The notes beneath the pieces are model-generated. The model ran no database searches. It saw only the letters and a program-made list of their open reading frames with translations, and was not told the DNA's origin. A DNA stretch of 64,000 bases from IMG/VR virus record IMGVR_UViG_3300027672_001796. One strand, written 5' to 3'. Each line of letters opens with the position of its first letter. Position 1 is the stretch's first letter. Positions 18,301 through 28,140 of the stretch are shown one piece after another. The translations under genes were made by a program, and so were the position numbers. Source of the DNA: a virus (lineage: Duplodnaviria; Caudoviricetes).

Positions 18301-18953
18301 TAATAGGAATAACTGGACTAATAGGATCGGGCAAAGATACTGTTGCAAACTTTTTTGTTAATAGAGGATGCCTGCAGGATAGTTTTGCTTCACCACTTAA
18401 AGATGTGTGTGCTTCTATATTTGGCTGGAATAGAACAGACTTAGAAGGCGACACAACCGATAGTAGAGATTTTAGAGAAACTCCGGATATGTTTTGGACA
18501 CGCAAATTAGGTATAGACAATTTTACTCCCAGACTAGCATTACAACTTATGGGTACTGAAGTAATGCGTAACCACTTTCATAAAGATATATGGATTGACA
18601 GTTTAGAATATAGAATGCGTAGAGCAGAACAAGACCACCCATGTGTTGTTATTAGTGATACTAGATTTACAAACGAGCTAGATTTAATTAAACGTTTAGG
18701 TGGAGTTGTGATTAATGTTGAACGTGGCGAAAAGCCTGAGTGGTATAAAACGGCTACTAACGCCAATACTGGGCATGTACCATCACAACACATGATGCAC
18801 ACCCGATATAAAGATGTGCATTTAAGTGAATGGAATTGGATCGGCTATGACTTTGACCACATAATTACAAACGACGACACGTTAGACATGTTACAAACTG
18901 ATGTAGACTTTTTACATGAACTTATTACAGCAAACGATAACGAAAACACATGA
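18297..18953 (+). CDS. Deoxynucleoside monophosphate kinase (T4 gp1-like)
   Basis: IIGITGLIGSGKDT P-loop; SFASPLKD; TPRLALQLMGTE; VVISDTRF.NE. Confidence 0.9.
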   Translation: MIIGITGLIGSGKDTVANFFVNRGCLQDSFASPLKDVCASIFGWNRTDLEGDTTDSRDFRETPDMFWTRKLGIDNFTPRLALQLMGTEVMRNHFHKDIWIDSLEYRMRRAEQDHPCVVISDTRFTNELDLIKRLGGVVINVERGEKPEWYKTATNANTGHVPSQHMMHTRYKDVHLSEWNWIGYDFDHIITNDDTLDMLQTDVDFLHELITANDNENT

Positions 18954-19834
18954 ACGACACTGATCCCGATTGGCTGTTAAGATATTCGCATATTGCGAAA
19001 AACGTAGATGAATTCATTAATCATCCGCTTATGCAACAGCCAAAGATAAAAGAATACATAGAAAAAAATGATATATTATTCCTAGACGATTCCGAGTTCG
19101 GCGCCAACGAAATAGCGGACATAAACAACATAGACTATATTCAAGATATTAAGCACATGTATGATGTAGTTAAAGACAAATCAGTACTAGAAATAGCATG
19201 TGGTAATGTTCGTTTTATAAAAGGGATATACAATGCATATGGTATTAAATCGTTTACAGGAGTAGAACCGTATGAACAATGGTGTAACGGAGGCTCAGTA
19301 CAACTTACAAAATCTGCTAACTTCAAATGGGATATGGTACATAGTAGGTATGAGGATTATGTAGTAACAGAAGTGCCAGATGTAGTTGTTTGTTGTGGAT
19401 TATTATATCATTTAAGTAGTCCATTTCATTTGTTGGAATGGCTAGCTAATACCAATGCTGAATATATAATACTTGAAACAACTGGAACTGTAGAACACAC
19501 CTCTGGTAAAGGCACTACTCAAAATACTATGGAAAGAGTTAATGCTCAAATAAGTGAAGCAGGTGGACTTAAAGAGTGGATACAAGGCACCGATTTCCGC
19601 AATACAATTTATAGGCTTGGCTATGAGAAAACAGATGCGCCTGGTAATTCTTTCCATAATACATTACGGAGTGTCCCATTCATGTTGCACGGAGTAGGAA
19701 ATGACGTGATAGTATTATCATTCTCAGAAATGGGGTATGACCTAGACGCATCACATGAACGTTATGATAGTCTTGAATTCAGCAAAATGACTACTACTAC
19801 ATATCGCTTTAAACGTAACGATACAACAAAATAA
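18950..19834 (+). CDS. Class I SAM-dependent methyltransferase
   Basis: VLEIACGN motif I; TGVEP; DVVVCCGLLYHLSSP. Confidence 0.85.
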   Translation: MNDTDPDWLLRYSHIAKNVDEFINHPLMQQPKIKEYIEKNDILFLDDSEFGANEIADINNIDYIQDIKHMYDVVKDKSVLEIACGNVRFIKGIYNAYGIKSFTGVEPYEQWCNGGSVQLTKSANFKWDMVHSRYEDYVVTEVPDVVVCCGLLYHLSSPFHLLEWLANTNAEYIILETTGTVEHTSGKGTTQNTMERVNAQISEAGGLKEWIQGTDFRNTIYRLGYEKTDAPGNSFHNTLRSVPFMLHGVGNDVIVLSFSEMGYDLDASHERYDSLEFSKMTTTTYRFKRNDTTK

Positions 19835-19906
19835 ATCGTATTTATCAAAACCTTCCAAATTTCTTGTACCCCGCCTTGTAATAATACCTTTTCTACGCTT
19901 TTTTGA

Positions 19907-19912
19907 TAAATA
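19907..19912 (+). promoter_or_regulatory. Late promoter for the tail sheath gene
   Basis: gaTAAATAttcgtA, then SD aaggag. Confidence 0.7.
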
Positions 19913-19951
19913 TTCGTATAATTAGATTCATATACCAAAGGAGAATATAAT

Positions 19952-22732
19952 ATGGCTACATTAGTATCACCAGGTGTTTCCATTAGTGTATCAGACGAAT
20001 CGTTCTATGCCGCGGCAGGAACAGGATCAGTACCGTTAATAATTATAGCGACTGCACAGGACAAGAAAACTCCTGACGGTTTAAGTACTGCGTCAAATAC
20101 AACTAAGTTAGGAGCTGGAAAATTAAAACTTATTACTAGTCAACGAGAATTGCTACAAACATATGGTAACCCATTGTTTCATAAAAGTGGTTCAGTTGCA
20201 CTAAACGGATATGATCTCAACGAATACGGGTTATTAGCCGCACACAGTTTCTTAGGACTTGCCAACAGAGCATACGTTTTAAGAGCTGACATTGACTTAG
20301 GCGACCTTAAAGCAGACAGCAAGGCACCAACTGGCGCAATCGCAGACGGTACTTACTGGCTTGACACTACAAGTTCTTTATTAGGACTTAGAGAATGGTC
20401 AGGTACAGCTTGGACTAAAAAATCAGTATCAGTTGTAGATTCAACACAAATAGATTCCGGAACAGCAGGACCTAAAAGGTCATTTGGATTAAATGGCGAC
20501 TATGCCGTTGTAGCCAATACAGCCGCTGGCGGAACAGCAACACAAGTAAAATATTACGAAAAATACAGTAATGACTGGTACCAAGTTGGTACTGCAAGTT
20601 GGGTTAGTGCTACTAGTAGCGACTTCCAATTTAAAACTCATTTAGCTGTGCCTACATTACAGTCAGACGGAGTTACATCTCTTTCTACAGGTGATGTTTT
20701 CATTCAAACTACTACACCAAACACTGGTGCAAGTTTAAGTGTTAAGAGCTACAGCTTATCAAAGAAAACTTTCAGTACAGTAAGTACTCCATTATACGCT
20801 ACAACAGACTTGGCATATACCGATATTGGTATGGCTAACGTTGCTGTTGGAAGTCTTGTAGGAATTACAGGCGGAACTGAAGCAGAAGTTGATTTAAAAA
20901 GACATAACGGAACTAAAACTGTTATCGCAACGAGCACAGCTATTTCTAGCTTAGACGTTTCAGGTAACTCTAGCTTTGATATTGTTTATAACGGCACAAC
21001 TGTTGTTGTAACATTAGCTGGTACTATATCAGGAACTCCTGCAACTTCAACAGCCGATGATGCTATTTTTGACATCAACGCGGCATTGGCGGCGGCAAGT
21101 GTTACTGAAGTAATAGCAAGTTCAGGTACAGTAACTAATACAGTTGTACTAACTTCAAGCACTGGTAGAGATATTAAATTGCAAAGCAACCACGCAGACT
21201 TTGGTCCAAGTTCAGTAGGATTTGGCGCACAGGCAGTGGCGGCTAGCATTACATATACTAACTTTGCGGCACTAAGCTATCAAGCAAGTAAAACTACATT
21301 AACTGGTACATTAGCACAAGGTACATATTGGTACAATGCTACTGTTTCTAACACTTCAATTGATATGTTAGAGCATAACGGCTCAACTTGGGTAACTTTA
21401 ACAAAAGACTTCCAAGCTAAAGCAACTGCTCCAACATTACAATCAGACGCAACAGCACTAGTGGCTGGTGATGTATGGTTAGATTCAGACGATACTGAAA
21501 ACTTCCCTTCCCTGAACAAATGGTCAGGAACAGCTTGGGTGGCAGTAGTTGGATCAGATCAAGTAACAGCAGACGGTGTTGTATTTGGTGACTTCAGACA
21601 GTCAACTGCAGGTTCTTTAGATGCTGACGCTCCGGCGGCTAGCAAATACCCAAGTGGAATTTTAGCTTGGAACAAAAGAGCTTCAGCTGGTAACGTAAAA
21701 GAGTACAAACTCAATTACACACCTGCTTCAACAAACATTGGTAATGTTTGGGTTGATGCTTCTGGAAACAAAGCAGACGGTAACATGTTTGGACTAAGAA
21801 AAGCAGTACATAACTTAGTTAAAACTAAAATGCAAGGCGCAATAGCATCTAATGATGACATTAGATCAGAAGTTAATGCGTTTAATATTATAGCGGCTCC
21901 AGGTTTTCCTGAAATGCTAGACGAGATGATTACACTAAGCACAGACAGAAGAAATACTGCCTTTGTAATTGGTGACAGTCCTTTCAGACTTAAAGCAGAC
22001 GCAACTAGTACTACTGCATGGGCAACCAACAGTGGTAAAGCAAGTGAAAACGGCGAAGACGGACTTGTTTCAAGTTCACCTTACGCGGCTATTTACTACC
22101 CTAGTGCATTAACAACTAACCTAGACGGAACTAACGTAGTTGTTCCTTCAAGTCATGTTGCTTTAAGAACTATTGCATATAACGATAACGTTTCTTATCC
22201 TTGGTTTGCACCAGCTGGCTTCCAAAGAGGACTAGTAAATAACGCAACTAGCGTTGGTTATGTAGATCCTACTTCAGGCGAGTATGTTAGTGTAACACTT
22301 AATGAAGGACAAAGAGATACTTTATATCAAAACAAAATTAACCCTATTGCTTCTTTCCCAGGAAGAGGACTTGCAGTATTTGGTCAGAAAACTCTGAACC
22401 CAAGTGCTAGTGCATTAGATAGAGTTAACGTTGCTAGACTTATGGTTTACATCAGAGAAAGACTTGATGATATCGTTAAACCTTTCTTGTTTGAACCGAA
22501 TGATTCAGTTGTAAGAGCAAATGCTAAAAATACTGTTGATAGACTATTATCACAGTTAATCACACAGCGTGGTTTAGTTGACTTTATCACAGTTTGTGAT
22601 AGCTCAAACAATACAGCGGCTAGAATAGACAGAAACGAACTTTACATTGACATTGCAGTACAGCCAATGAAAGCAGTTGAGTTTATTTACATTCCGATTA
22701 GAATCCAGAACACTTTGGGCTCTACAGCGTAA
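19952..22732 (+). CDS. gp18: Contractile tail sheath protein
   Basis: LVSPGVSISV N-terminus; YPWFAPAGFQRG; LYQNKINPI; FGQKTL; LDRVNVARL; FLFEPND. Confidence 0.97.
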   Translation: MATLVSPGVSISVSDESFYAAAGTGSVPLIIIATAQDKKTPDGLSTASNTTKLGAGKLKLITSQRELLQTYGNPLFHKSGSVALNGYDLNEYGLLAAHSFLGLANRAYVLRADIDLGDLKADSKAPTGAIADGTYWLDTTSSLLGLREWSGTAWTKKSVSVVDSTQIDSGTAGPKRSFGLNGDYAVVANTAAGGTATQVKYYEKYSNDWYQVGTASWVSATSSDFQFKTHLAVPTLQSDGVTSLSTGDVFIQTTTPNTGASLSVKSYSLSKKTFSTVSTPLYATTDLAYTDIGMANVAVGSLVGITGGTEAEVDLKRHNGTKTVIATSTAISSLDVSGNSSFDIVYNGTTVVVTLAGTISGTPATSTADDAIFDINAALAAASVTEVIASSGTVTNTVVLTSSTGRDIKLQSNHADFGPSSVGFGAQAVAASITYTNFAALSYQASKTTLTGTLAQGTYWYNATVSNTSIDMLEHNGSTWVTLTKDFQAKATAPTLQSDATALVAGDVWLDSDDTENFPSLNKWSGTAWVAVVGSDQVTADGVVFGDFRQSTAGSLDADAPAASKYPSGILAWNKRASAGNVKEYKLNYTPASTNIGNVWVDASGNKADGNMFGLRKAVHNLVKTKMQGAIASNDDIRSEVNAFNIIAAPGFPEMLDEMITLSTDRRNTAFVIGDSPFRLKADATSTTAWATNSGKASENGEDGLVSSSPYAAIYYPSALTTNLDGTNVVVPSSHVALRTIAYNDNVSYPWFAPAGFQRGLVNNATSVGYVDPTSGEYVSVTLNEGQRDTLYQNKINPIASFPGRGLAVFGQKTLNPSASALDRVNVARLMVYIRERLDDIVKPFLFEPNDSVVRANAKNTVDRLLSQLITQRGLVDFITVCDSSNNTAARIDRNELYIDIAVQPMKAVEFIYIPIRIQNTLGSTA

Positions 22733-22747
22733 GACAGTAGTAATACT

Positions 22748-22777
22748 AAAGAAAGGGCTTAATTGCCCTTTCTTTTT
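22748..22777 (+). terminator. Intrinsic terminator
   Basis: aaagaaagggc-ttaatt-gccctttcttt followed by a T-run. Confidence 0.85.
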
Positions 22778-22885
22778 GGGTCTATTAAACTACTGTTTAA
22801 TATTTTTGCAACGAATATGATAAATAAGTATTAACAATAATCCTATAAATTATATTTAGGATATATGGTTTAGGAGAATAAACAA

Positions 22886-23527
22886 ATGGCAATAGATAAC
22901 AAAACACTAGATAAATTTGGTGTACCAACAACTGGAGCAACCGGCACCGGCATTTTGATGCCTAAACTCAAGTTTAGATTTAGGGTGATGTTCTATGCAG
23001 GATTTGGTAATGGCGCTGAAACATTAGCAATTACACAAAATGTGCAAAACGTTACTAGACCTAAAGTTGCGTATGAAGAAGTAATGATCGATAGTTACAA
23101 TTCAAAAGTATACGTTCAAGGCAAACATGCTTGGGAACCTATTACGGTTGTAATCAGAGACGACATCAGAAATACAGTAGCTAAGGCAGTTGGCGAGCAG
23201 AACAACAGACAGTTAAATCACTTTAATCAAGCGGCGGCGGTTTCCGGTGCAGATTACAAATTTGATATGGCTATTGAAGTTCTAGACGGACAGTCAGCTG
23301 ATGCAACAGAATCTTGGGCACTAGAAGGATGTTTCATTACTCAAACAGATTACAGTGATTCAGACTACTCAACTAATGAGCCAGTACAGATTACTATGAC
23401 AATCAGATTTGATAATGCGATACATCAAGATGGTTCAAAAAATACTATTACTGATAACACCCAAGGAATTGGCGGTTTAAGTAGTGATACAACGAAATAC
23501 ACAACTGGCGGATCAACTGGTACCTAA
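22886..23527 (+). CDS. gp19: Tail tube protein
   Basis: Follows the sheath gene; LMPKLKFRFRV, GKHAWEPITV, WALEGCFI, ITMTIRFDNA; late promoter at 22821-22826. Confidence 0.88.
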   Translation: MAIDNKTLDKFGVPTTGATGTGILMPKLKFRFRVMFYAGFGNGAETLAITQNVQNVTRPKVAYEEVMIDSYNSKVYVQGKHAWEPITVVIRDDIRNTVAKAVGEQNNRQLNHFNQAAAVSGADYKFDMAIEVLDGQSADATESWALEGCFITQTDYSDSDYSTNEPVQITMTIRFDNAIHQDGSKNTITDNTQGIGGLSSDTTKYTTGGSTGT

Positions 23528-23599
23528 AATATTTAATTTTGTGAGGTTAGACAACTAGCCTCACATATTATTTAAATACTAGACCCACAAGAGGATTTC

Positions 23600-24664
23600 A
23601 TGGGAACTATTAATGATATCATATATGACGCGGCCGGTAACATACTTACCGATGCTGTACGCGACTCTCTCGGCATGAGGGGAATGTTCAATGGGTATGC
23701 AGGATTCAAAGGGTATGATAGAGACGACTCTCATCCATCACAATACTTTTTAAAAGCACCACAAGAAGCTGACCAATTTAAACCGTCAAACAATCCAGTA
23801 AGACAAAAGTTTAATGGTTATGTTAACTTTGTTTTTAACTCAGCTCTATACCCCAATTCAGAACACATGAATCCCTCTGCAGAATTTACAAATAAATTAA
23901 GTAGTTTAGTAAGAACAGCTACTATGCCTTCGGCAGAATTTGCCACAGCAGTACAAAATCAATATAATAGAAAACGTATAACAGTTTCATCTGTTGACTA
24001 TAAGCCTGTACAAATTGCTGTGTTTGACACAGTAGATAGTGTATGGGTTGCTATGTTAATGAGAATGTATGCACATTTATTCACTAACCCTACTAATTTG
24101 TATCCCGGCAGTGGTGAAACAAATAAATCTGTTATTGAAAATGATATTGTTCCAGAAATAGTTGCTTCAGGTGATGGTAACGGAACATCGGGTAGTTTTA
24201 ATAGACCATTTAACAGTAACTCCGCAGGCTTAAATTTACAGCCAGCACAAGAACGTAACTTTATTACTAGTATAGACATTGTACAGTATCATGGAGGACG
24301 AGCAATTAAGTATACATTATTTAATCCTATGATAACATCATTTGAAATCGACGGAATAGATTATAGCGATTCATCTGCTAACCAGATTAATTTAAATATT
24401 GAATATGAAAATTTTACTATAGATCCTGATATAAATGCATTTATTGAAGAAGACGACTTAAAAAGATTTTCAGACTTTAATAAGAAAGAATGGGAAGTAG
24501 CACAAAAAGGAAACGCTCAGTCTCTGCCGACAGTTGGTAATAACTATGTGTACCCATTAGATTTACACGAACGAAAAGTAGAATTTTTAAATGGAGTATC
24601 TAGAAGAGAGCAAGTAGATTTTTTATCTTCGTTCGCAAGTAGCAATGATCAAGGCGATCTGTAA
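23600..24664 (+). CDS. Tail-tube-like baseplate/tube initiator protein (gp48/gp54-like)
   Basis: Tube-fold pattern QYNRKR...YKPVQI.VFD...YTLFNPMITSF...LNIEYE. Confidence 0.55.
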   Translation: MGTINDIIYDAAGNILTDAVRDSLGMRGMFNGYAGFKGYDRDDSHPSQYFLKAPQEADQFKPSNNPVRQKFNGYVNFVFNSALYPNSEHMNPSAEFTNKLSSLVRTATMPSAEFATAVQNQYNRKRITVSSVDYKPVQIAVFDTVDSVWVAMLMRMYAHLFTNPTNLYPGSGETNKSVIENDIVPEIVASGDGNGTSGSFNRPFNSNSAGLNLQPAQERNFITSIDIVQYHGGRAIKYTLFNPMITSFEIDGIDYSDSSANQINLNIEYENFTIDPDINAFIEEDDLKRFSDFNKKEWEVAQKGNAQSLPTVGNNYVYPLDLHERKVEFLNGVSRREQVDFLSSFASSNDQGDL

Positions 24665-25098
24665 TGTCTACTAGTTTATATGAAACATTCGGTAACGAAG
24701 TAAGTTACGAAGTTCGCAAAGACAAACTTGTTAAGTTTTTAGAAAACTCTACTATAGCATTTCCAATACCAGAAGCAAGTGTCGAGATACTAACAACAAT
24801 GTTAGGAAAACAAAACGCTGGAATGAATGGCGATGAAATCGACTTAATATATAACAGACTTACTAGTATTGGCTTTAACAACGCAACAGGTAAAACACTT
24901 GCAGTTGCACTAATACAAATTGCTAAACAGCAAGGTGTACATCCTATGGAGTACTTTGAAATAAACGAATCTTCTATTAAGTTAGCAGAATCTACATACA
25001 AATCCATAAATAAAATTAGACCAAAAGGCAATCTTATTGGTTTAACAGTTTCCAAATCAAATAGGCAGAGCAAACTAGCAAACGTAATCAGGCCTTAA
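24664..25098 (+). CDS. Hypothetical structural-module protein
   Basis: TAATG coupling within the tail operon. Confidence 0.7.
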   Translation: MSTSLYETFGNEVSYEVRKDKLVKFLENSTIAFPIPEASVEILTTMLGKQNAGMNGDEIDLIYNRLTSIGFNNATGKTLAVALIQIAKQQGVHPMEYFEINESSIKLAESTYKSINKIRPKGNLIGLTVSKSNRQSKLANVIRP

Positions 25099-25100
25099 CA

Positions 25101-25568
25101 ATGACATCTCGTTATTCCCAAGGGCTATACACGCCTCAGAATCCAGAAAAATACATAGGACCTAAAAAGCCTTTTGCACGAAGTAGTTGGGAAACTGCTT
25201 TTATGAGATTTTGTGATGGACATCCTAACATATTAAAATGGGCAAGTGAGAATGTAAAAATTCCTTACAGACATCCTTTAACAGGAAAGATAACAAACTA
25301 TGTACCCGACTTTATGGTACAGTATCAAGACAAGAACGGAAAAACATTAGTAGAACTTATAGAAATTAAACCTAAAAGCCAAACAGTAATTGAAAATGCT
25401 AAAGGTAGGGGCGATAAAATGGCAACTATAGTAAATGCCGCCAAGTGGACAGCCGCACAGCAATGGTCAGAAGCAAAAGGTATACGATTTAAAGTAATAA
25501 CAGAAGATCAGATATTTAGAAACAATTCTAAGAAAAGAACAAAACCAAGAAAAACAAAACGTAAATGA
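25101..25568 (+). CDS. gp4: Head completion nuclease, T4 gp4-like (TnsA-N endonuclease fold)
   Basis: PQNPEKYIG; RSSWE; WASE...IPY; YVPDF; IEIKP; VNAAKW. Confidence 0.9.
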   Translation: MTSRYSQGLYTPQNPEKYIGPKKPFARSSWETAFMRFCDGHPNILKWASENVKIPYRHPLTGKITNYVPDFMVQYQDKNGKTLVELIEIKPKSQTVIENAKGRGDKMATIVNAAKWTAAQQWSEAKGIRFKVITEDQIFRNNSKKRTKPRKTKRK

Positions 25569-26158
25569 TACAAAGCAAATATCTTAGTGAAGTATTGGAT
25601 TGCAATCACAATACTCCGAAACATTTTTCTCATCAATACGGACAATTCAAGCCATTTTTTATAAAAAACAAACTTTTTTGTTTTATAAATATACCAAAAT
25701 GTGCCTCACAAGACACTGAACATGCTATTGCAGAACATCCAGAAGTTAAACTATTTGATACCCAAGCCGAGGTCTCTACCTTAGAGAGAATTATTTTTCA
25801 CACTGGCACTACCCCTTCGGCAATCAATGGCCGAGACCAATTTTTTACACCTAAGCATATTCAACAAGCAACATGGTTTTGTAATACACGTGATATAAAT
25901 CAAAGATTAGCATCAGGATATGATCCTAGTTGGTTAAATTTTGCACAAAGAACTAATAGACAAATTTTACCATTACATGAATTATTAAAAGTACCCACAG
26001 AGTGGGACGAACATATTCAACCACAAGAATCCTTTTTACAAATTTTTAATGATTCGCATATACAATATACAAAATTAAAAATAGACAGTACAAACCCGCA
26101 ACAATTAAGTAATTCGTTATCAAATTTTTTAGATATAGATATAAAAGTAGGTAAATAG
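25565..26158 (+). CDS. Sulfotransferase family 2-like protein
   Basis: FINIPKCAS (5'-PSB-like); TRDINQRLASGY; DEHIQPQ. Confidence 0.65.
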   Translation: MIQSKYLSEVLDCNHNTPKHFSHQYGQFKPFFIKNKLFCFINIPKCASQDTEHAIAEHPEVKLFDTQAEVSTLERIIFHTGTTPSAINGRDQFFTPKHIQQATWFCNTRDINQRLASGYDPSWLNFAQRTNRQILPLHELLKVPTEWDEHIQPQESFLQIFNDSHIQYTKLKIDSTNPQQLSNSLSNFLDIDIKVGK

Positions 26159-26162
26159 TGTT

Positions 26163-26681
26163 ATGACAAAGAAACTAGAAGAAGAATTTAACTTACCACC
26201 AATTGTAGACACCTACGAATCAATACCAGAGTCTGTACCCCAAAAAGAAATAAATGACAAGCAAGTAACAGAATTTGAGACTATTGATGTGGAAGATATT
26301 CAAACAGCATTAACTACCGCAGAAAAAATTGATAACGCTCTACAGAATGTAAAGGGTCTTGAAGAGCATGATTTAGAAATGGATAGCATTGCTCAACAGG
26401 CAGTTGACAGTTACACGCAGTTAATGAACTTGGGTATGAATGTTGGAGATAGAGAAGCTGGCAGTATATTTGATAGTGCCGCAAAAATGTTAAAGACTGC
26501 CTTAGAAGCAAAAGACAGCAAAGTTAATTCAAAACTAAAACAAATTGATATGATGATTAAGAAAGCAAGACTTGATAGTAATGCTGGTAATTATGATGAT
26601 GGATCACCGGCGACCGCTGTAATGGATCGTAACGAACTGTTGAAAATAATTAATACTAAGGTAGATGACGTTACTGACTAG
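26163..26681 (+). CDS. Probable terminase small subunit
   Basis: MTKKLEEEFNLP start; helical body; C-terminal MDRNELLK; lies upstream of the large terminase; TAAATA-gtgtt-ATG. Confidence 0.55.
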   Translation: MTKKLEEEFNLPPIVDTYESIPESVPQKEINDKQVTEFETIDVEDIQTALTTAEKIDNALQNVKGLEEHDLEMDSIAQQAVDSYTQLMNLGMNVGDREAGSIFDSAAKMLKTALEAKDSKVNSKLKQIDMMIKKARLDSNAGNYDDGSPATAVMDRNELLKIINTKVDDVTD

Positions 26682-26784
26682 GAATAGTCCATTCACCATC
26701 TTTAAAAACTACTACAGTTCCATCGTTCGCCAATGAATATTCGCCGTCAGTTGGATTTTGAGGTTCTTTAACTTTAATGGTCAT
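26671..26784 (-). CDS. 37-aa peptide, not in the ORF track
   Basis: MTIKVKEPQNPTDGEYSLANDGTVVVFKDGEWTIPSQ; exact TATAAATA 5 nt upstream on the minus strand. Confidence 0.55.
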   Translation of the reverse strand: MTIKVKEPQNPTDGEYSLANDGTVVVFKDGEWTIPSQ

Positions 26785-26844
26785 GCTTATATTTATAAAA
26801 AATTGATAAATATGATAAATAAGTGTAACAGGAGTTTATAATAA

Positions 26845-27546
26845 ATGAAAAACTTAAAAGAACTAATTAACGAATCTTTTAGCAAAGAGTACGGCTATAG
26901 AATTAAGTTAGCGAGAGATTGTAGCCCAGATGACCTATCTAAGCTGGAAGGCGTCCTTGCAAAGTATAACTTAGTTAGTGCTACTCCTTGGAAAAGATTA
27001 CCAATTCAAGAAAATCCAATGGAATTTCAAAGACTAAAAGGTGTAAACGTTACATCAGAAGTATGTAGTACAGATGTTGTACTTAAATACCCAGTCAATC
27101 AAAGAATACTAGAAGTATTAATTTGTGTTGAAATGAATATGGATCACGACCATGTATTATGTTACGGTGTTAACGATCCAAGAAAAGTAGAATCAGAACA
27201 GGCAGAGCAAAGACTTGCTGATGACCTAGACAGAAGTGTTGAGACTCCAGAAGCACAACTAGAAGAAGTTGATTCAACTGAAGAACAAGAACATTACACT
27301 GCACAGAACGAAGATTTAGACTTAGCCGTATTTGGTGAAGAGTATAACAGCAAGTTCTTAGCAGAGTTAGAAAGAATTAAAGCAGAGAAAGGTGCAGATT
27401 ACTTTAAGAATTACCCAACAAAAGATGAACTAATGGGCGACAACTTAAGAGCAATGCACGATTCCATAACTGGATTAGCACATGGCGGACTAGCACCTGA
27501 ATCTAAGGTAGCTGACGTTATATCACAAAGCTCGAGAAGAAACTAA
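26845..27546 (+). CDS. Putative prohead core / internal protein
   Basis: N-terminus MKNLKELINE|S resembles the T4 capsid-targeting sequence; tandem late promoters at 26807-26821. Confidence 0.6.
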   Translation: MKNLKELINESFSKEYGYRIKLARDCSPDDLSKLEGVLAKYNLVSATPWKRLPIQENPMEFQRLKGVNVTSEVCSTDVVLKYPVNQRILEVLICVEMNMDHDHVLCYGVNDPRKVESEQAEQRLADDLDRSVETPEAQLEEVDSTEEQEHYTAQNEDLDLAVFGEEYNSKFLAELERIKAEKGADYFKNYPTKDELMGDNLRAMHDSITGLAHGGLAPESKVADVISQSSRRN

Positions 27547-27547
27547 A

Positions 27548-28105
27548 ATGATAAATGACCACGACCTAAACAAAAGATTAATGGAACTGTTTGCAGAAAC
27601 AGAAGAAGTAAACGAAGAACCTAAGAATTGTGGGTGTGGTAAAAGAGTATGTGAAACAACAGGTTTTGTTGACGAAACAATTGAAGAAGAAGGCGCCGAA
27701 GCAGTACAAGAAGAACCAATTGTTATAGAACCAGAAACAGACGAAGCACCATGTGGAATGGAACCAGAACTTGAACTTGCTCCAGAACAAACTGGTGGCT
27801 CAGTTACATTTAGACAAGAAAAGAACACTGATAAAGGTTCAGTAAGTATAGAAGCAAGTGCTGATGATATGCAAGAACTAGCAAAAGTATTAAAACTTGC
27901 AGGAATAACACTTCCGCAAGACATAAACCCAGAACAACCAGAACAACCAGAAGCAGAAGTTGAAGTAGATGCTGATGACGGCAGTCACCCAACTATGGAC
28001 TTTCCACAAACAGACGTTAATCCTAATATGTCCACAGACAAAGCAGTATTAACTAGCGTTATTAGAGATAAACTTAGAGATTATCTTAAAAACAGCCGTT
28101 CCTAG
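27548..28105 (+). CDS. Acidic putative scaffold/core protein
   Basis: E/P-rich with several (L/I)xE sites. Confidence 0.55.
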   Translation: MINDHDLNKRLMELFAETEEVNEEPKNCGCGKRVCETTGFVDETIEEEGAEAVQEEPIVIEPETDEAPCGMEPELELAPEQTGGSVTFRQEKNTDKGSVSIEASADDMQELAKVLKLAGITLPQDINPEQPEQPEAEVEVDADDGSHPTMDFPQTDVNPNMSTDKAVLTSVIRDKLRDYLKNSRS

Positions 28106-28140
28106 TAAACAATCCCTCAAAACTCACATAAATACTTACT

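Noticed and set aside
23527-25098. Programmed frameshift of the tail-assembly-chaperone type
   Set aside because: No convincing slippery site with overlapping frames, and the genes resemble T4-type tube and baseplate components.
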